Translations under genes and position numbers: made by a program
In this document: positions 13,458 to 24,292 of the stretch, piece after piece
Position numbering within the stretch: the stretch's first letter is position 1
Layout: every line of letters begins with the position of its first letter
DNA from: Cladosporium halotolerans
Lineage: Eukaryota
Direction of reading: 5' to 3'
DNA: 64,000 bases
Assembly: GCF_011745625.1 (NCBI RefSeq)
Contig: NW_027191465.1
Location: 186,001 to 250,000 of the forward strand
The notes under the pieces: model-generated
Databases searched by the model: none
The model's input: the letters and a program-made list of their open reading frames with translations, nothing else
What the model was told of the DNA's origin: nothing

Positions 13458-13881
13458 GTTGCTTGTGTCCCCTCACTAGCTGACGGAGAGACAATTTTCA
13501 GACGAATTGGTTGCTCGGCGGTATCTGCGTGCCCTAGCTGCAGCCTCAACGCCTCCCAGGGGTGTGGCTGGCTGTGTTTTCCTGATGGCAGAAAGCAACT
13601 CCAGAATGGAAAGAATCATCAAGTGATGTACTCCATCGATCCCGCAATGCTCGCTGCTGCGTATCTACATTGGGATGACGAGTCACCACTCTCTTTCGCT
13701 CAAGGCGCATGAAGGATCGCGTTCGTTTACGCACGGACCCCTCGCTGGCGTCCAGACAAACTGCAACCCCAGAGTCTATTCGCTCATGCCGCAACACTAC
13801 TGCCCGTAACAAAGCCAATCGCTCCACCTAAACTAACAAACACAAGCGACATCCTGTCCCTCGAGGCAGATCCACGCAATC

Positions 13882-15303
13882 ATGCCCGAGGCGATCGCAA
13901 CATCGAAGCGCAAATTCCACAAACTCCTCGACTCCATCACCGCCGCCTCAAACACCCTGCCCTCGTCCCAGCAACGAGACAAAGCCAACGGCGCCGATGG
14001 CACAACACCGCTCACTGCCCGCGAGAGGATGGAGCTCGCCAGCGAGCGCGCCGCGAAACGCCTTCGCTCCAGCACATCGTCTACATCTCTCTCGACGACC
14101 CTTGGGTCGAGTCTAGGTCGCGTCGCAAATTCCTCGACAACGTCGCTTCCGCGTAAAATGCCGAGCGCAGCGTCAACAACTTTCGCCGACCGTCCGCGAG
14201 ACGATAAACAGATCCCGAACTTTTCGCCCTGGTCGCAGGAGTCGTTTCTGGCTCGTCTGAAGACTTTCAGCAAAGTCAGCTACTGGCATCCTAAACCTGA
14301 GGCTATTGGAGAGGTGCATTGGGCGAAGCGAGGATGGAGCTGCGTTGATTTAAACACGGTCGCTTGCAGAGGTGGCTGTGAGAGGAGGGTGGTCGTCAAG
14401 CTGGACACGATCGGCACGGTGGTGAAGAAGGCTTTGGAGAACGACACAGCCGCCGACGCGGACGAAGCCGAAGAGGAAGATGTGGATGAGGCGGAACTTG
14501 AGCAGGCGCTCGCCGAGCGGTACAAGGATGAGATCGTCGAGGGTCACACGCAAACGTGTTTGTGGAGGAAGGCTGCATGCAAGGACGACATTTATCGATT
14601 ATCGCTCGTTCGGCCTGTTATCTGGATGCCACAGTTGAGCGACCGCTACACATGCCTACTCGGCGTTTCGAAATCGATCAAAGACATCACAATCAAGTCC
14701 ATCAACACAGCCGACGCGAACTTTCTCTCCACCGAAAGACTGGTCGCGGAACTTCCAACCAGTGTTCTACCGATCTCGAGTGCAGACGCGGCCTTGAAAG
14801 CCAAGGCCTTGGATATCGCACTGCATGGCTGGCGCGGCTCAATCGAGTTTCGTGCGGATCTCCTGCACTGCGATACCTGCTTCCAACGGATCGGGCTCTG
14901 GATGTATCAACCTGGATACAAACCCGGCAAGCACGACACTTCAGACGACGAGGCCGACGAGGTTGCCACAGTCGACCTGGTCGAGATGCACCGCGAACAC
15001 TGCCCTTGGCGCAATGCGGCCTCTCAAAAGGCTACTGGCAACTTCGCAGAGCTGAACGCTTGTCAAATCCTGCACCGCGTGGTTTCTACTTACGCGCGTG
15101 AACAGCGGCGGAGATCCGATGAACAGAATGGCGTGGGTCAGGATGTGCAGGTACCCGATAGTCCGGAAGTGGAACGGCCAAAGCCGAGCAGAGAGGAAAT
15201 TGCGCGTCAGGACAAGGAGAGAGAATCGAGGTTGCGGAAGCTGAAGAAGATGTTTACTGGCAAGCGCTCTTCCAAGATCGAGGCACCCAAAGCTAGTGGT
15301 TGA
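13882..15303 (+). CDS. C3HC zinc-finger / Rsm1 domain protein (Rsm1/Pml39/NIPA-like)
   Basis: PWSQESFLARLKTF..WAKRGW..C..C..H...CLW (zf-C3HC) and a second module LHCDTCFQRIGLW..HREHCPW. Confidence 0.85.
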   Translation: MPEAIATSKRKFHKLLDSITAASNTLPSSQQRDKANGADGTTPLTARERMELASERAAKRLRSSTSSTSLSTTLGSSLGRVANSSTTSLPRKMPSAASTTFADRPRDDKQIPNFSPWSQESFLARLKTFSKVSYWHPKPEAIGEVHWAKRGWSCVDLNTVACRGGCERRVVVKLDTIGTVVKKALENDTAADADEAEEEDVDEAELEQALAERYKDEIVEGHTQTCLWRKAACKDDIYRLSLVRPVIWMPQLSDRYTCLLGVSKSIKDITIKSINTADANFLSTERLVAELPTSVLPISSADAALKAKALDIALHGWRGSIEFRADLLHCDTCFQRIGLWMYQPGYKPGKHDTSDDEADEVATVDLVEMHREHCPWRNAASQKATGNFAELNACQILHRVVSTYAREQRRRSDEQNGVGQDVQVPDSPEVERPKPSREEIARQDKERESRLRKLKKMFTGKRSSKIEAPKASG

Positions 15304-16010
15304 TTGTTCCGACAACAGGAAATTCAGAGCGTGTGTAGAAATAAGTTAGATACCCAATCCATTTGCATCGCGTCGTACCGTACAGAAGAAGTCTGGCTGG
15401 GCATCAACATTCAATGCACCGTGACTAGTCCATCCTTCGCTTCAAAGACAGAGAGCTGAAATTAAGCGAAGCATTTGAGGCTGGTCTAGCACTCGTTAGC
15501 GCAACTAGAGGCCTGGGGGCGACGATGTTCAGAATCTGTCTGGGTGGAGTTCCGCATGGCTTGCTTACGGAAGGACTTCGTTGTTAGCTATTTGATTCTG
15601 CGAGGAAAGTGAAAGGCATCCAATAAACAATATCTGCTTTGATTCATGGTCCATACTCAGCGCTCTGGCGGAATATCTCGACGTGCATTGGCTCGTGTCA
15701 AATTGATGGCGTCCCCGCTTGCTGCTGTTTTTGGAACACGCGCAGAACGCCTTCAGCTCCCACCCACTCTCAGCCTGGTCTGGGCAGGCCAGTACACCAC
15801 ACCTCATCTTTGTCGTCCCTCGCGCGTCTGGACGCATCCTCCATCATTTTGGCATCCTCGTCATTTCTCCTGCCAACTTATAGTCCTGCGCTGAGCGCAA
15901 GTACATTCGTTTATCCTGTTGCCACACAGCGTAGAACGCAGTACTCAAGTCAGGCCCATAGAAACACTCCGGCGACTTTGCCCACGAGGAAACATAGATA
16001 AACCGCCATC

Positions 16011-16873
16011 ATGTTCCAACCATCTTCTCGTCGCGCGAAAACTGCGCCTTCACACTACCCGCGTGTGCCATTCCACCTACTTCGTTTCGGCCAGCTGCTG
16101 GCCAGTCTGATCGTGGGAGGCATTATGAGCTTTTTCATGTGGCATCTTACGCACGACCACTGGCAAACACCGTGGACTTTCATCCTGGTATAGTCAATTT
16201 CCTTGTTCCGAGATTGCTCTTGTACTGACTGCGTATGCAGCTTATGGCATCTTCGTTATTCTCAGTCGCTGCTCTGGCTGTCACTATCGTACTGCACTGC
16301 TTTGTCGGCCTGAAACCGGACTTCAACATCGCCGTGAATGGCTTTTTGTCAGTCCTCTGGGTCGTCAGCTGGAGTCTACTCACCTGGTATATGAGTCCGA
16401 CACTGTCGCATTACTGTGACGTTGAGCACTGGCAAGAAGATGCAGGCATCATGGTCTGCAGAATCTACAAGGCCCTGTTCACCTTTGCATTTCTTGGAAC
16501 GTGGGTCTCTCAAAATCTCTCTCTCATTTCATGGCTTTAGCTTACATTCTCCAGCGTCTCAACCCTAGCAGCTCTCTGCCTAGACTTCTACGTTCGCCGC
16601 AAGAACAACAAGCGTGGCATGTACCGCCTGCACGACCTCGACACCAAGCCCCAGGAATCTGGTGCGCCTCGGGGTCCTTTCACTGATGACGGTCCTAGCT
16701 ACGGCTCAGGCGGTATTGCTGAGCCCAGGGACAGTGATGCTTGGGAGGCGCCCAGACCCAGTATGGGACCTTACAGTGAGCAGAGTGGCCAGAGGCATGG
16801 CTATGCTGTGCCTGAGGGGCAGTTTGATTATGACGATACGAGGTATTATGGTGGGCACGAGGAGAGGAGATGA
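16011..16873 (+). CDS. MARVEL-like four-TM membrane protein
   Basis: Three exons (introns about 16188-16240 and 16501-16554), four hydrophobic helices, FHLLRFGQL and C..........VCRIYKA pattern, hydrophilic C-tail (GYAVPEGQFDYDDT). Confidence 0.75.
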
Positions 16874-17079
16874 TATGCTTGTGCAATCAAATGCGGGCGA
16901 TGGAGCGTCGCTCTATCTATCGCGATTGCTCCATTTTAACAGACATCTGCGACCCCTTCTATCTACGTCACACCATTTGCTTGCTTGGGTAGGTGGCAGT
17001 TGAATTCGTTACTCTAAACATAAAATCCAATGCAGGTAAACAGCCGCCAGCTCCATCAATTGGCATTCCGATCACAGAC

Positions 17080-18490
17080 CTACCGTCTTCTCCTTCTGCC
17101 CATTCCACTCATTCCCGCCTTGTTATTTCCACCGTCGACTCCATGCCTGCCATAAATTTCTTTGGCTGCTTCAATCGCCCATCTCAAATTTCGATACTCT
17201 TCATCCAAAAAATCCTTGTTCGGGTCACCGGTGTAATCCGGCGTCACCGACCTCGTGAACGAAGTGTTGACCCTCTCAATCTGCGGTCCTTCAGGTCTCT
17301 CCCCCTTCAGCATCTTTTCAACCTCATCGTGCGTCACCAGGTGGCTGAACCCCCGGCATAGGTACCCCTCCTTGGTCGCGTCCCACCAGTAGCCCATTGG
17401 GCACGTGGCGCTGTACTGCCCCAGCCACTCCTGTACCATGGTATCAAAGCGTTGCAGTTCGTCGGATCCTTTCGCTGCAGCGGTTTGCCGGGAAGCGCTG
17501 CCGTGAACCGCTTGGAATGTTGTCGTGCTCGTCCTCGTGCTGGTGTTGCTGGGCAGGGGCTGCTGGGCTCTCATAGATTGCTTAACAACTTTTGTGCTGG
17601 TTGTGGTATGCTGCGACTGTGCAGGGAGTTGAGTCACAGCATGGAGCAGTGCTGGTGGCGCAGATTGCATCAGCTGAGAGAATTGCATTGTTGACTGCGC
17701 CATAGCCTGCTGCTGAGGCGGTGGAGTTGGAGGTGCAGCCGTCATTAGATTAGAATATTCTACGGTCGTCTTCGTAGTACTTTGCTGGCCTGCTTGTGGA
17801 GCTGGTTCGGGCGGAGGTGCAGTTTGCAGAAGTTGAGTGTAATTCACCGTTGTCTTGATCGTGGTTTGTTGGACAGGTGGAGGTAAAGGGGCTGGCATAG
17901 GCGGTGATGTGTGGTGCCTCAATTGCGAGTAGTTCGATGTTGACTGCATTGCATTTTGCTGAACCGGTGGAGGCAGCAGAGTAGGCATGGGCAATGGTGA
18001 GGATGGCATCAGCTGAGCGTGGTTTGTTGTCGACTGTACCACAATTTGCTGCGGAGACGGTGGTGGAGGTAATGTCTGGGCCACGTTCGTATAGTTTGCA
18101 ATAAACTGTTGTTGTGGAGGCTGCTGGATCTGTGCATATTGCTGCGCCTGTTGAATTTTGCTCGACGTCGTCGTCGTCGTCGTCGTCGTCGTTGTGGTAG
18201 TGGTAGAGTCAGTAGGTCCAATTTGCCATTGCCCTGCAGCGTTTGCTTGATGTTTTTGCGGCTGTTGATAATATCCAGGGGCGCTTGCCATCGGGGTACC
18301 ACTTCCGGCGACATATGCTTGTTGATGATTTTGATATAATACTGGTTGCGGAGATTGGGTATGTTGGTTATTCTGCTGCGTATACTGGGAATATCGGTCG
18401 TGCGGTTGCTGACCTCCGGTGTTGGTGTTAGGATACATAATAGATGCTTGAACGTTGTGCGGTTCTCCCAAAGTAATTACCCTGCCTCAT
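17080..18490 (-). CDS. Gln/Pro/Thr-rich repeat protein with a C-terminal Cys/His domain
   Basis: ORF of about 460 codons. The start is uncertain: either ATG 18490 plus a short intron with a GAG acceptor, or the internal ATG of MYPNTN. C-terminal CPMGYWW..KEGYLCRGFSHLV. Confidence 0.7.
18163..18192. repeat. (GTC/GAC)n trinucleotide microsatellite encoding poly-Thr
   Basis: cgacgtcgtcgtcgtcgtcgtcgtcgtcgt inside the CDS. Confidence 0.85.
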
Positions 18491-18997
18491 GGTTCTTATA
18501 TAATATCCATGTATGTAATGCGCGGCCCAGCAAACGGTCACCGTGAATGATAGATGTTATCTCATGACGACTCTCAGACCTGGGTCATAGAACGATGACC
18601 ACATACCTTGAGTCACACGGGCATGGTTTTCCAGGTTCTGACTGATCGAATTGTTAGATACCTACGTTGCATGGAAACATTTTCTTGCATGGCGGTGCGA
18701 AAGTCTCAAAATGACGGTCTTGCTCTACGTGAAGAACATTTCTCCGCCCCCATGACCATTTCTTGCAGGCGAAGGATGGGCAATGCCCGTATATTTCCCC
18801 CCGCAGCAGTGAACTGCTTTTCTTGTTCTCGTATAAAAAGAATTCCAATTTGCGCAAAGTTGTAACACCAACACATGCCACCCTTCCGCTCAGCGCAACG
18901 AACCGAACAAAAGCAACGAGCATTTCAATTAAGCCACTGCACAAGACCTCAACTTCTCATCACCTTCGTGAGTAATACTCAACGAGCATCTAGCGCA

Positions 18998-19222
18998 ATG
19001 CCAGGCCACGATAGCACATGGACACCATGCCCGCACTGCCACTGCATGGTATGCTCACATCTTTGCCCGAGCCGTCCAGGCTCTTCGTCGAAGCGCCTTC
19101 CGACCACCAATTCCAACAATTACGGTTCGCCCCCTCCGTATTCGGAGAAGGATCCTTATCGCGGCATCGGGTCGCCAGACTCTGGCAACGGTAGCAAGGG
19201 CCGTGGAAGGAGGCTGTCTTAA
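18998..19222 (+). CDS. Candidate 74-aa microprotein with a Cys/His cluster and PPPY
   Basis: MPGHDSTWTPCPHCHCMVCSHLCP...GSPPPYSEKDPY. TATAAAA at 18832-18838, gcaATG context, T-rich 3' flank. Confidence 0.45.
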   Translation: MPGHDSTWTPCPHCHCMVCSHLCPSRPGSSSKRLPTTNSNNYGSPPPYSEKDPYRGIGSPDSGNGSKGRGRRLS

Positions 19223-19658
19223 GGCTGTCTTCATTAACGCCAAAACCAATACCTATCTAATGACTTGATGAAAGCCATTCGGGAGTCTGATTTGTTATGG
19301 AAATTGAATTGGTTCGAATAGTGTATTGGGTTACTGGGTGTACTTAGAGTCTGATATCAAGCTCATATGCATTCAGTAACTGTCATCGTCACCTTCTCGC
19401 ATTTGAGGCGCCGCAGTCAACCGAATGTCGCGGAAGAGATCGCTTGACCATTGCACATACCCGGAGTTCTCTTTCCTGGCGCATGTGCTCATGAATGTGA
19501 TGATTTTGATAATTTGTTGTTGTTGGATGGGAGCGCAGTCATGGAGGGTGGCACTGATGGTGAAGTGACGCCCGCTCTTGGCGTTGAACGTCGTCTTAAC
19601 CCTCATTTCCCTTCACGTAGCTCACGCTCGCAGAATCATCGAACCAATCAGAATAACC

Positions 19659-20863
19659 ATGTCTAATCTTCTCATTCGAAGTCCAGCTTCGAAATTGAAT
19701 AGCCTAACTGTCGCGCTCCGATGTCAAATATATGAAAGATGTCCGTCAAAGCGAAATTTTTCGGCTAGCAGCATAGCTTGCAGCCACGAGAATCCTTTGG
19801 TAAGTGAATAACATGGACGTTAGAGCATACAATACAGCAGACGATATTGTGTCTTTCAGTGTTGGACTCAAAGGTCTACTGTATGCATGACTTACATTAT
19901 TTTAGGGATTACCACGTTCTGGCACGCCCCCAAACCTCGCCGCCCGCATGAAGCGCGGCCTCCCAGAGAAACGCCCTATCGCCAACGTATCGAGAGTTAT
20001 CGCAGTCAGCAGTGCCAAAGGCGGCGTCGGCAAAAGCACCATCGCCACTAACATCGCCCTCGCCTGCGCCCGACAAGGTATCGCCACTGGCATCCTTGAC
20101 ACGGACATCTACGGCCCGAGCATACCAACGCTTCTCAATGTGCGCCTCGCGATGAATCCACTCAACGCTCATTGAAGACTGACCTCCTCGCAGCTCGAGG
20201 GCCTAGAACCCGCCCTCGACGAAAACAACCACCTCCTCCCGCTAACCTCCTACGGCCTCAAAGCAATGTCCATGGGCTTCCTCGTGCCGCAAGACTCGCC
20301 AATCGCGTGGCGCGGCCTGATGGTACAAAAAGCCATGAATCAGCTGCTCTTCGACGTCGCGTGGCCCAAACTCGACCTCTTGGTCCTCGACCTGCCGCCC
20401 GGCACGGGCGACGTGCAGTTGACGATCACGCAGAGCGTGGAGCTCGCGGGCGCGGTGGTGGTGTCGACGCCGCAGGATCTGGCGCTGAGGGATGCGGTGA
20501 GGGGCGTGCAGTTCTTCGAGAAGACGAAGACGAGGGTTCTGGGCATGGTGCAGAATATGAGCGCGTTCGTATGTACGAATTGTGGGCACGAGCACGATGT
20601 TTTTGGGCTTGATGGTAGGGTTTGAACTTTCTTTGTAATTCTCTTATGGCGCAAGCTCTAGGTGCTGACGATTTTTCTGTCCAGGCGCGAAGAAGAAGTG
20701 CGAGGAGCTCGGCATCAATCTGCTGGGCGACATTCCATTGCACCCCCAGATCTGCTCGGACGCGGACGCTGGCAAGCCTACTATTGTTGGCAGCCCGAAC
20801 TCGCCGCAGGCCGCGGCGTTTACGAAGCTGGCACAGGATTTGAGGACACTGTTGGAAATTTAA
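19659..20863 (+). CDS. IND1: Mitochondrial Fe-S assembly P-loop NTPase Ind1/NUBPL (Mrp/NBP35 family)
   Basis: Presequence ending [53 protein letters not shown]. Three introns; stop TAA at 20861-20863. Confidence 0.93.
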
Positions 20864-21293
20864 GAAAGCTACCTTGCTGATCTAAGAGCTTTATGGCGAA
20901 TGTGAAGAACACGCTCACGAATGGAAATGTACAAGTAATCTGGCTGCAATTTATTGTATAATATGTACCCAAAGTATGAACAAGAGAAAAAGAAGAAAGG
21001 AAACAAGACCCCCGAATCCCCTCCTCGATTACTGCACACAACAATAACAATGCATTGCTTTTTTGCTCGAGGAAACTGGAGAAATCTGAGGCCGTTCTGA
21101 GATTCTGGGAGGGGTATCCGACAAAAAACGAAATAAGAAAGAGACACAAGTGGTCCGGCGCAATGACGGCAGCAAAAGGGACGGTCATTAAATCATGCAG
21201 CGAGGGGGGGAAGACGTAGTTATGAAATGGCGCCTCTCCCGTCCCCGATGGGGTGAACACGGAACTTTTCACTTTTCCGTTCACGCAGCACGC

Positions 21294-23054
21294 TTACGCG
21301 CACTGGTTCTTCCCATCGGTGATCTCGTGCAGGATGTCGAATGCGCCCCACTTGGGCAGAGTGTTCTTGTCGTCGGGGATCTCGACCTCAGACGCGACAA
21401 CCTTGACGTGCAAGCCGGGGACGTCCTTGGCCTCCTTGATGCAGCCATCGGCGGTGACGACGCGCCAGTCGATGCGGTCCTTGAGGTACGAGGAGACGCC
21501 GCCGTTGGTCAGATTGTCGAGGAAGCCAGCGAGGGAGCGCGAGAAGAGGATGCTGGTGATGGAGATGCCAGCACGCACTTTGCTGTCGGTTTCCATGGGG
21601 GTGGGGGAGGCGAAGAAGCCGTGAGAGCCGATCAAGTTCTCCTCGCACTGCCAGTTCGAGGCGTCCTCTTCGTTGAAAGACCCGTCGAAGAGGAAGAGGG
21701 TGAAAGAGCCGTTCATGCGCATGGCATCCACTTCAATGCTGGCAATATACTCGGTGGTCTTGCCGTTGAGAAGAGGCGGGTTGAGCAGGTTGTCAACGTA
21801 GCCGCCGAGAGAGTCAGCGTCGCCAACGCGCTTGCTGAGGCTGCCCTTCTCGTCGCTGCCGGCTTGGAAGTTTTGGCCCTGGTCCGCGTAGAGGGAGTTG
21901 ATGAGCTGGGGAGCGCCCTGGCTGTTCAGATCGCTGTAGACGTAGTTGAAGGTCTTGGTGTCGCGCAGGTTGTCAGAGATCCAGTATTCGCCGTCAGAAG
22001 TTTGGTGGAAGGGCTGCAGCTCCGAGGTAGAGTCCTTGACGGTGCCGGAGGAGTACCACATGGTAGAACCAACCTCGGCGGTCTCTACTAGCCACTTCTC
22101 GGGGTAAGCTGCTTGGTAGATCGCAAAGATGCGGTCGACGTTAGTATGGTGCAGCCAGAAAACGGGGTCGTAGGCGGCCTGAGGCACGATTGCCATGTGC
22201 CCGCCAGTCAGGACGTGGATGTTGTCGTGGAGAGCCTCCAAGCTGCTGGGGTTGAAGTCGCCATTGTCAGCGGCAAGAGCCTCGGTGCTGAACGCGTTGT
22301 AGGTCTGGTCAGAAGAAAGAGTGGTCCAAAGGTCGGAGCGAAGCTGCTTGCGGTTGTCCTGTGTGAAAGTGGGCTTGCGCTGAGTCTGGTCGCCGTCGAT
22401 GAAGCTGTGCTCCTCATCCTCCTTGAACGTGTAGCCGAGGAGAGGGTTCGAGATGTTCATGGGACCGTTGGGGGAGTTGACGAACACGCTCTCATCAGTG
22501 AACATCTGGGGGAACGGGTTCTCGCCCTCAGCGGGAAGGGCGGCCCAGTCCCAGAAAGGGATCCTGAGGTTTTGGGCAGCTTGCATATAGCGGTCGCGGT
22601 CCTCTCCAGTGTATTGCTCTGCGACAATGATCGCATTGTTCACAAGGGATTGCTCGAACAGCGCCAGGTAAGCGCGGTGCCATGTGGGGAAAAGAGTCGA
22701 CTGGTGAGTGCAGTAGCCCGCAGGTTGGCAATCGTCACACTGGCCAACATTGTCCCATGCGACGTACGGTTGCCCGTGAATGGCGGCAATCTGGTAGAAA
22801 GACGTCGGGTCGAGGCCATCAACATCCTTGAACCGTGAGAGACCGAGCAAGTACATGTTCCAAGCATCCGCGTCCCTCTGCAGCTCGTGGATCTCTTTGC
22901 GGAATCCTAGTTGGCCGTCGGTAACTCCTTTGGTCTCTATGAAGGTGCCATTCTCCGCCTGACGGCGCTGGATTCCGGGAAGAGCCTGTGCTGGAAAGGC
23001 GGATGCGATGTTGGTGACCGCGAAAAGAAGACCGGCCTGCCGGAGACTGAACAT
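21294..23054 (-). CDS. Secreted tyrosinase (type-3 copper) with C-terminal shielding domain
   Basis: Signal peptide from ATG 23054. CuA: IAAIHG, YCTHQSTLFPTWHR. CuB: LEALHDNIH, AYDPVFWLHH. YxY motif (NYVY). Intronless. Confidence 0.95.
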   Translation of the reverse strand: MFSLRQAGLLFAVTNIASAFPAQALPGIQRRQAENGTFIETKGVTDGQLGFRKEIHELQRDADAWNMYLLGLSRFKDVDGLDPTSFYQIAAIHGQPYVAWDNVGQCDDCQPAGYCTHQSTLFPTWHRAYLALFEQSLVNNAIIVAEQYTGEDRDRYMQAAQNLRIPFWDWAALPAEGENPFPQMFTDESVFVNSPNGPMNISNPLLGYTFKEDEEHSFIDGDQTQRKPTFTQDNRKQLRSDLWTTLSSDQTYNAFSTEALAADNGDFNPSSLEALHDNIHVLTGGHMAIVPQAAYDPVFWLHHTNVDRIFAIYQAAYPEKWLVETAEVGSTMWYSSGTVKDSTSELQPFHQTSDGEYWISDNLRDTKTFNYVYSDLNSQGAPQLINSLYADQGQNFQAGSDEKGSLSKRVGDADSLGGYVDNLLNPPLLNGKTTEYIASIEVDAMRMNGSFTLFLFDGSFNEEDASNWQCEENLIGSHGFFASPTPMETDSKVRAGISITSILFSRSLAGFLDNLTNGGVSSYLKDRIDWRVVTADGCIKEAKDVPGLHVKVVASEVEIPDDKNTLPKWGAFDILHEITDGKNQCA

Positions 23055-24292
23055 GATTGCGATATTAAGGGAAGAATGAGTAAAAAAGCAGAATCGGTTT
23101 AAGTTGAGGAGTGAGCGGCAGTGTCGAAAGCTCACGACAAAGAATGAACGAGTGTGAGCTGCAGGCAATGCAGCAAAGGAGCGAGGTTGCAGACGAACAG
23201 AACGAACTGGTCGCGCGCGCGTGTGATGAAGAGAAACGGGTGCAACAGCGACGGGAAGATCTACCTACATAATAGGGACGTGGACGTGCGAGAGGTACGA
23301 ACCTGTCAACGGTACCCAGCCTCGAGCACGCCCCACGCCGCCAACTGCGCCGGCAGTCCGAATGCCCAGGGAAGTAGTAGCGGTTGCGACGTATAGCTGG
23401 GCCGTTGTGGACTCAGTGGTAGCTCCTGAGACCACGCAAAGTATGGCAGTGGACCCGGACAGCCGCGCGCGACACAGCTGCACGGCACCGTCGCAGTGGC
23501 GGGCTGTAGTGATTGCATGAGAAGCGTCGTGCTGGTCAGCGCGCGCTCTCGTTAAGCGTGAGAGATCTGACGCCTGCGTCGAGGGAGCGCCGTGCTTGTG
23601 CCGCAGCCTGTTGCGCGTCAAGGTCGAAGATCGCCATTAGAGACATGAGCTGCGGGCACGGCCGAGTCGCGTTTCAGCCCTGTCGACCAATGGGCGTCAC
23701 CAAGAGCAGGGGTGACCTCCTGCCGATCGTACTCCACAACGCGAAGTACGAAGTACATAATCCTCCGAAATCCTTCCACAGCCGCTTGTGTGGAGAGTCG
23801 GGTTTGCTCGCTTGCAGACTACTGGCGGTTGATCATTCGTGAATAGAAAGCAAGGCGCTCTGGTTGAATAATGCACATGTGTAGACCTCATCTCGCCGAC
23901 GAAAACGCCGTTCCAAGAATGGATGTTGCAAGCCAAGGGAAGACAAGACACCCCAGAGCCGTTGAAACTCCAGCTGTGCTTTGCTTGAGTGTTTGTGTGG
24001 AAATGGCCGGCTTATTGCCCGTGCCGGTCTCGTGACGAAAAAGTAGTATGTTGAGGTCATGTTATGGTCGTAGTGAGGTCTGATTAAAAAATTGCGATTG
24101 GCCAGCGCTGACTCGTGTTTTGTGCAACCCTGAGATGCCTGGGATGCCCGGCTTTCCTCGCCGCAGCTACAGCCTTGCACACCCCCCTTCTGAGCTTCGT
24201 GCCTTGACTCGCGTCTCGGACGTCACCGTTGGAAACCATCGCCGTCAGATGCAGCAGCCTTCAATTTAACAACAATATTCGTTCGGAGCTCC

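Noticed and set aside
11188..23054. Possible melanin or secondary-metabolite cluster (Zn2Cys6 TF plus tyrosinase)
   Set aside because: No PKS, NRPS or terpene backbone gene, and housekeeping genes (Rsm1-like, IND1) intervene.
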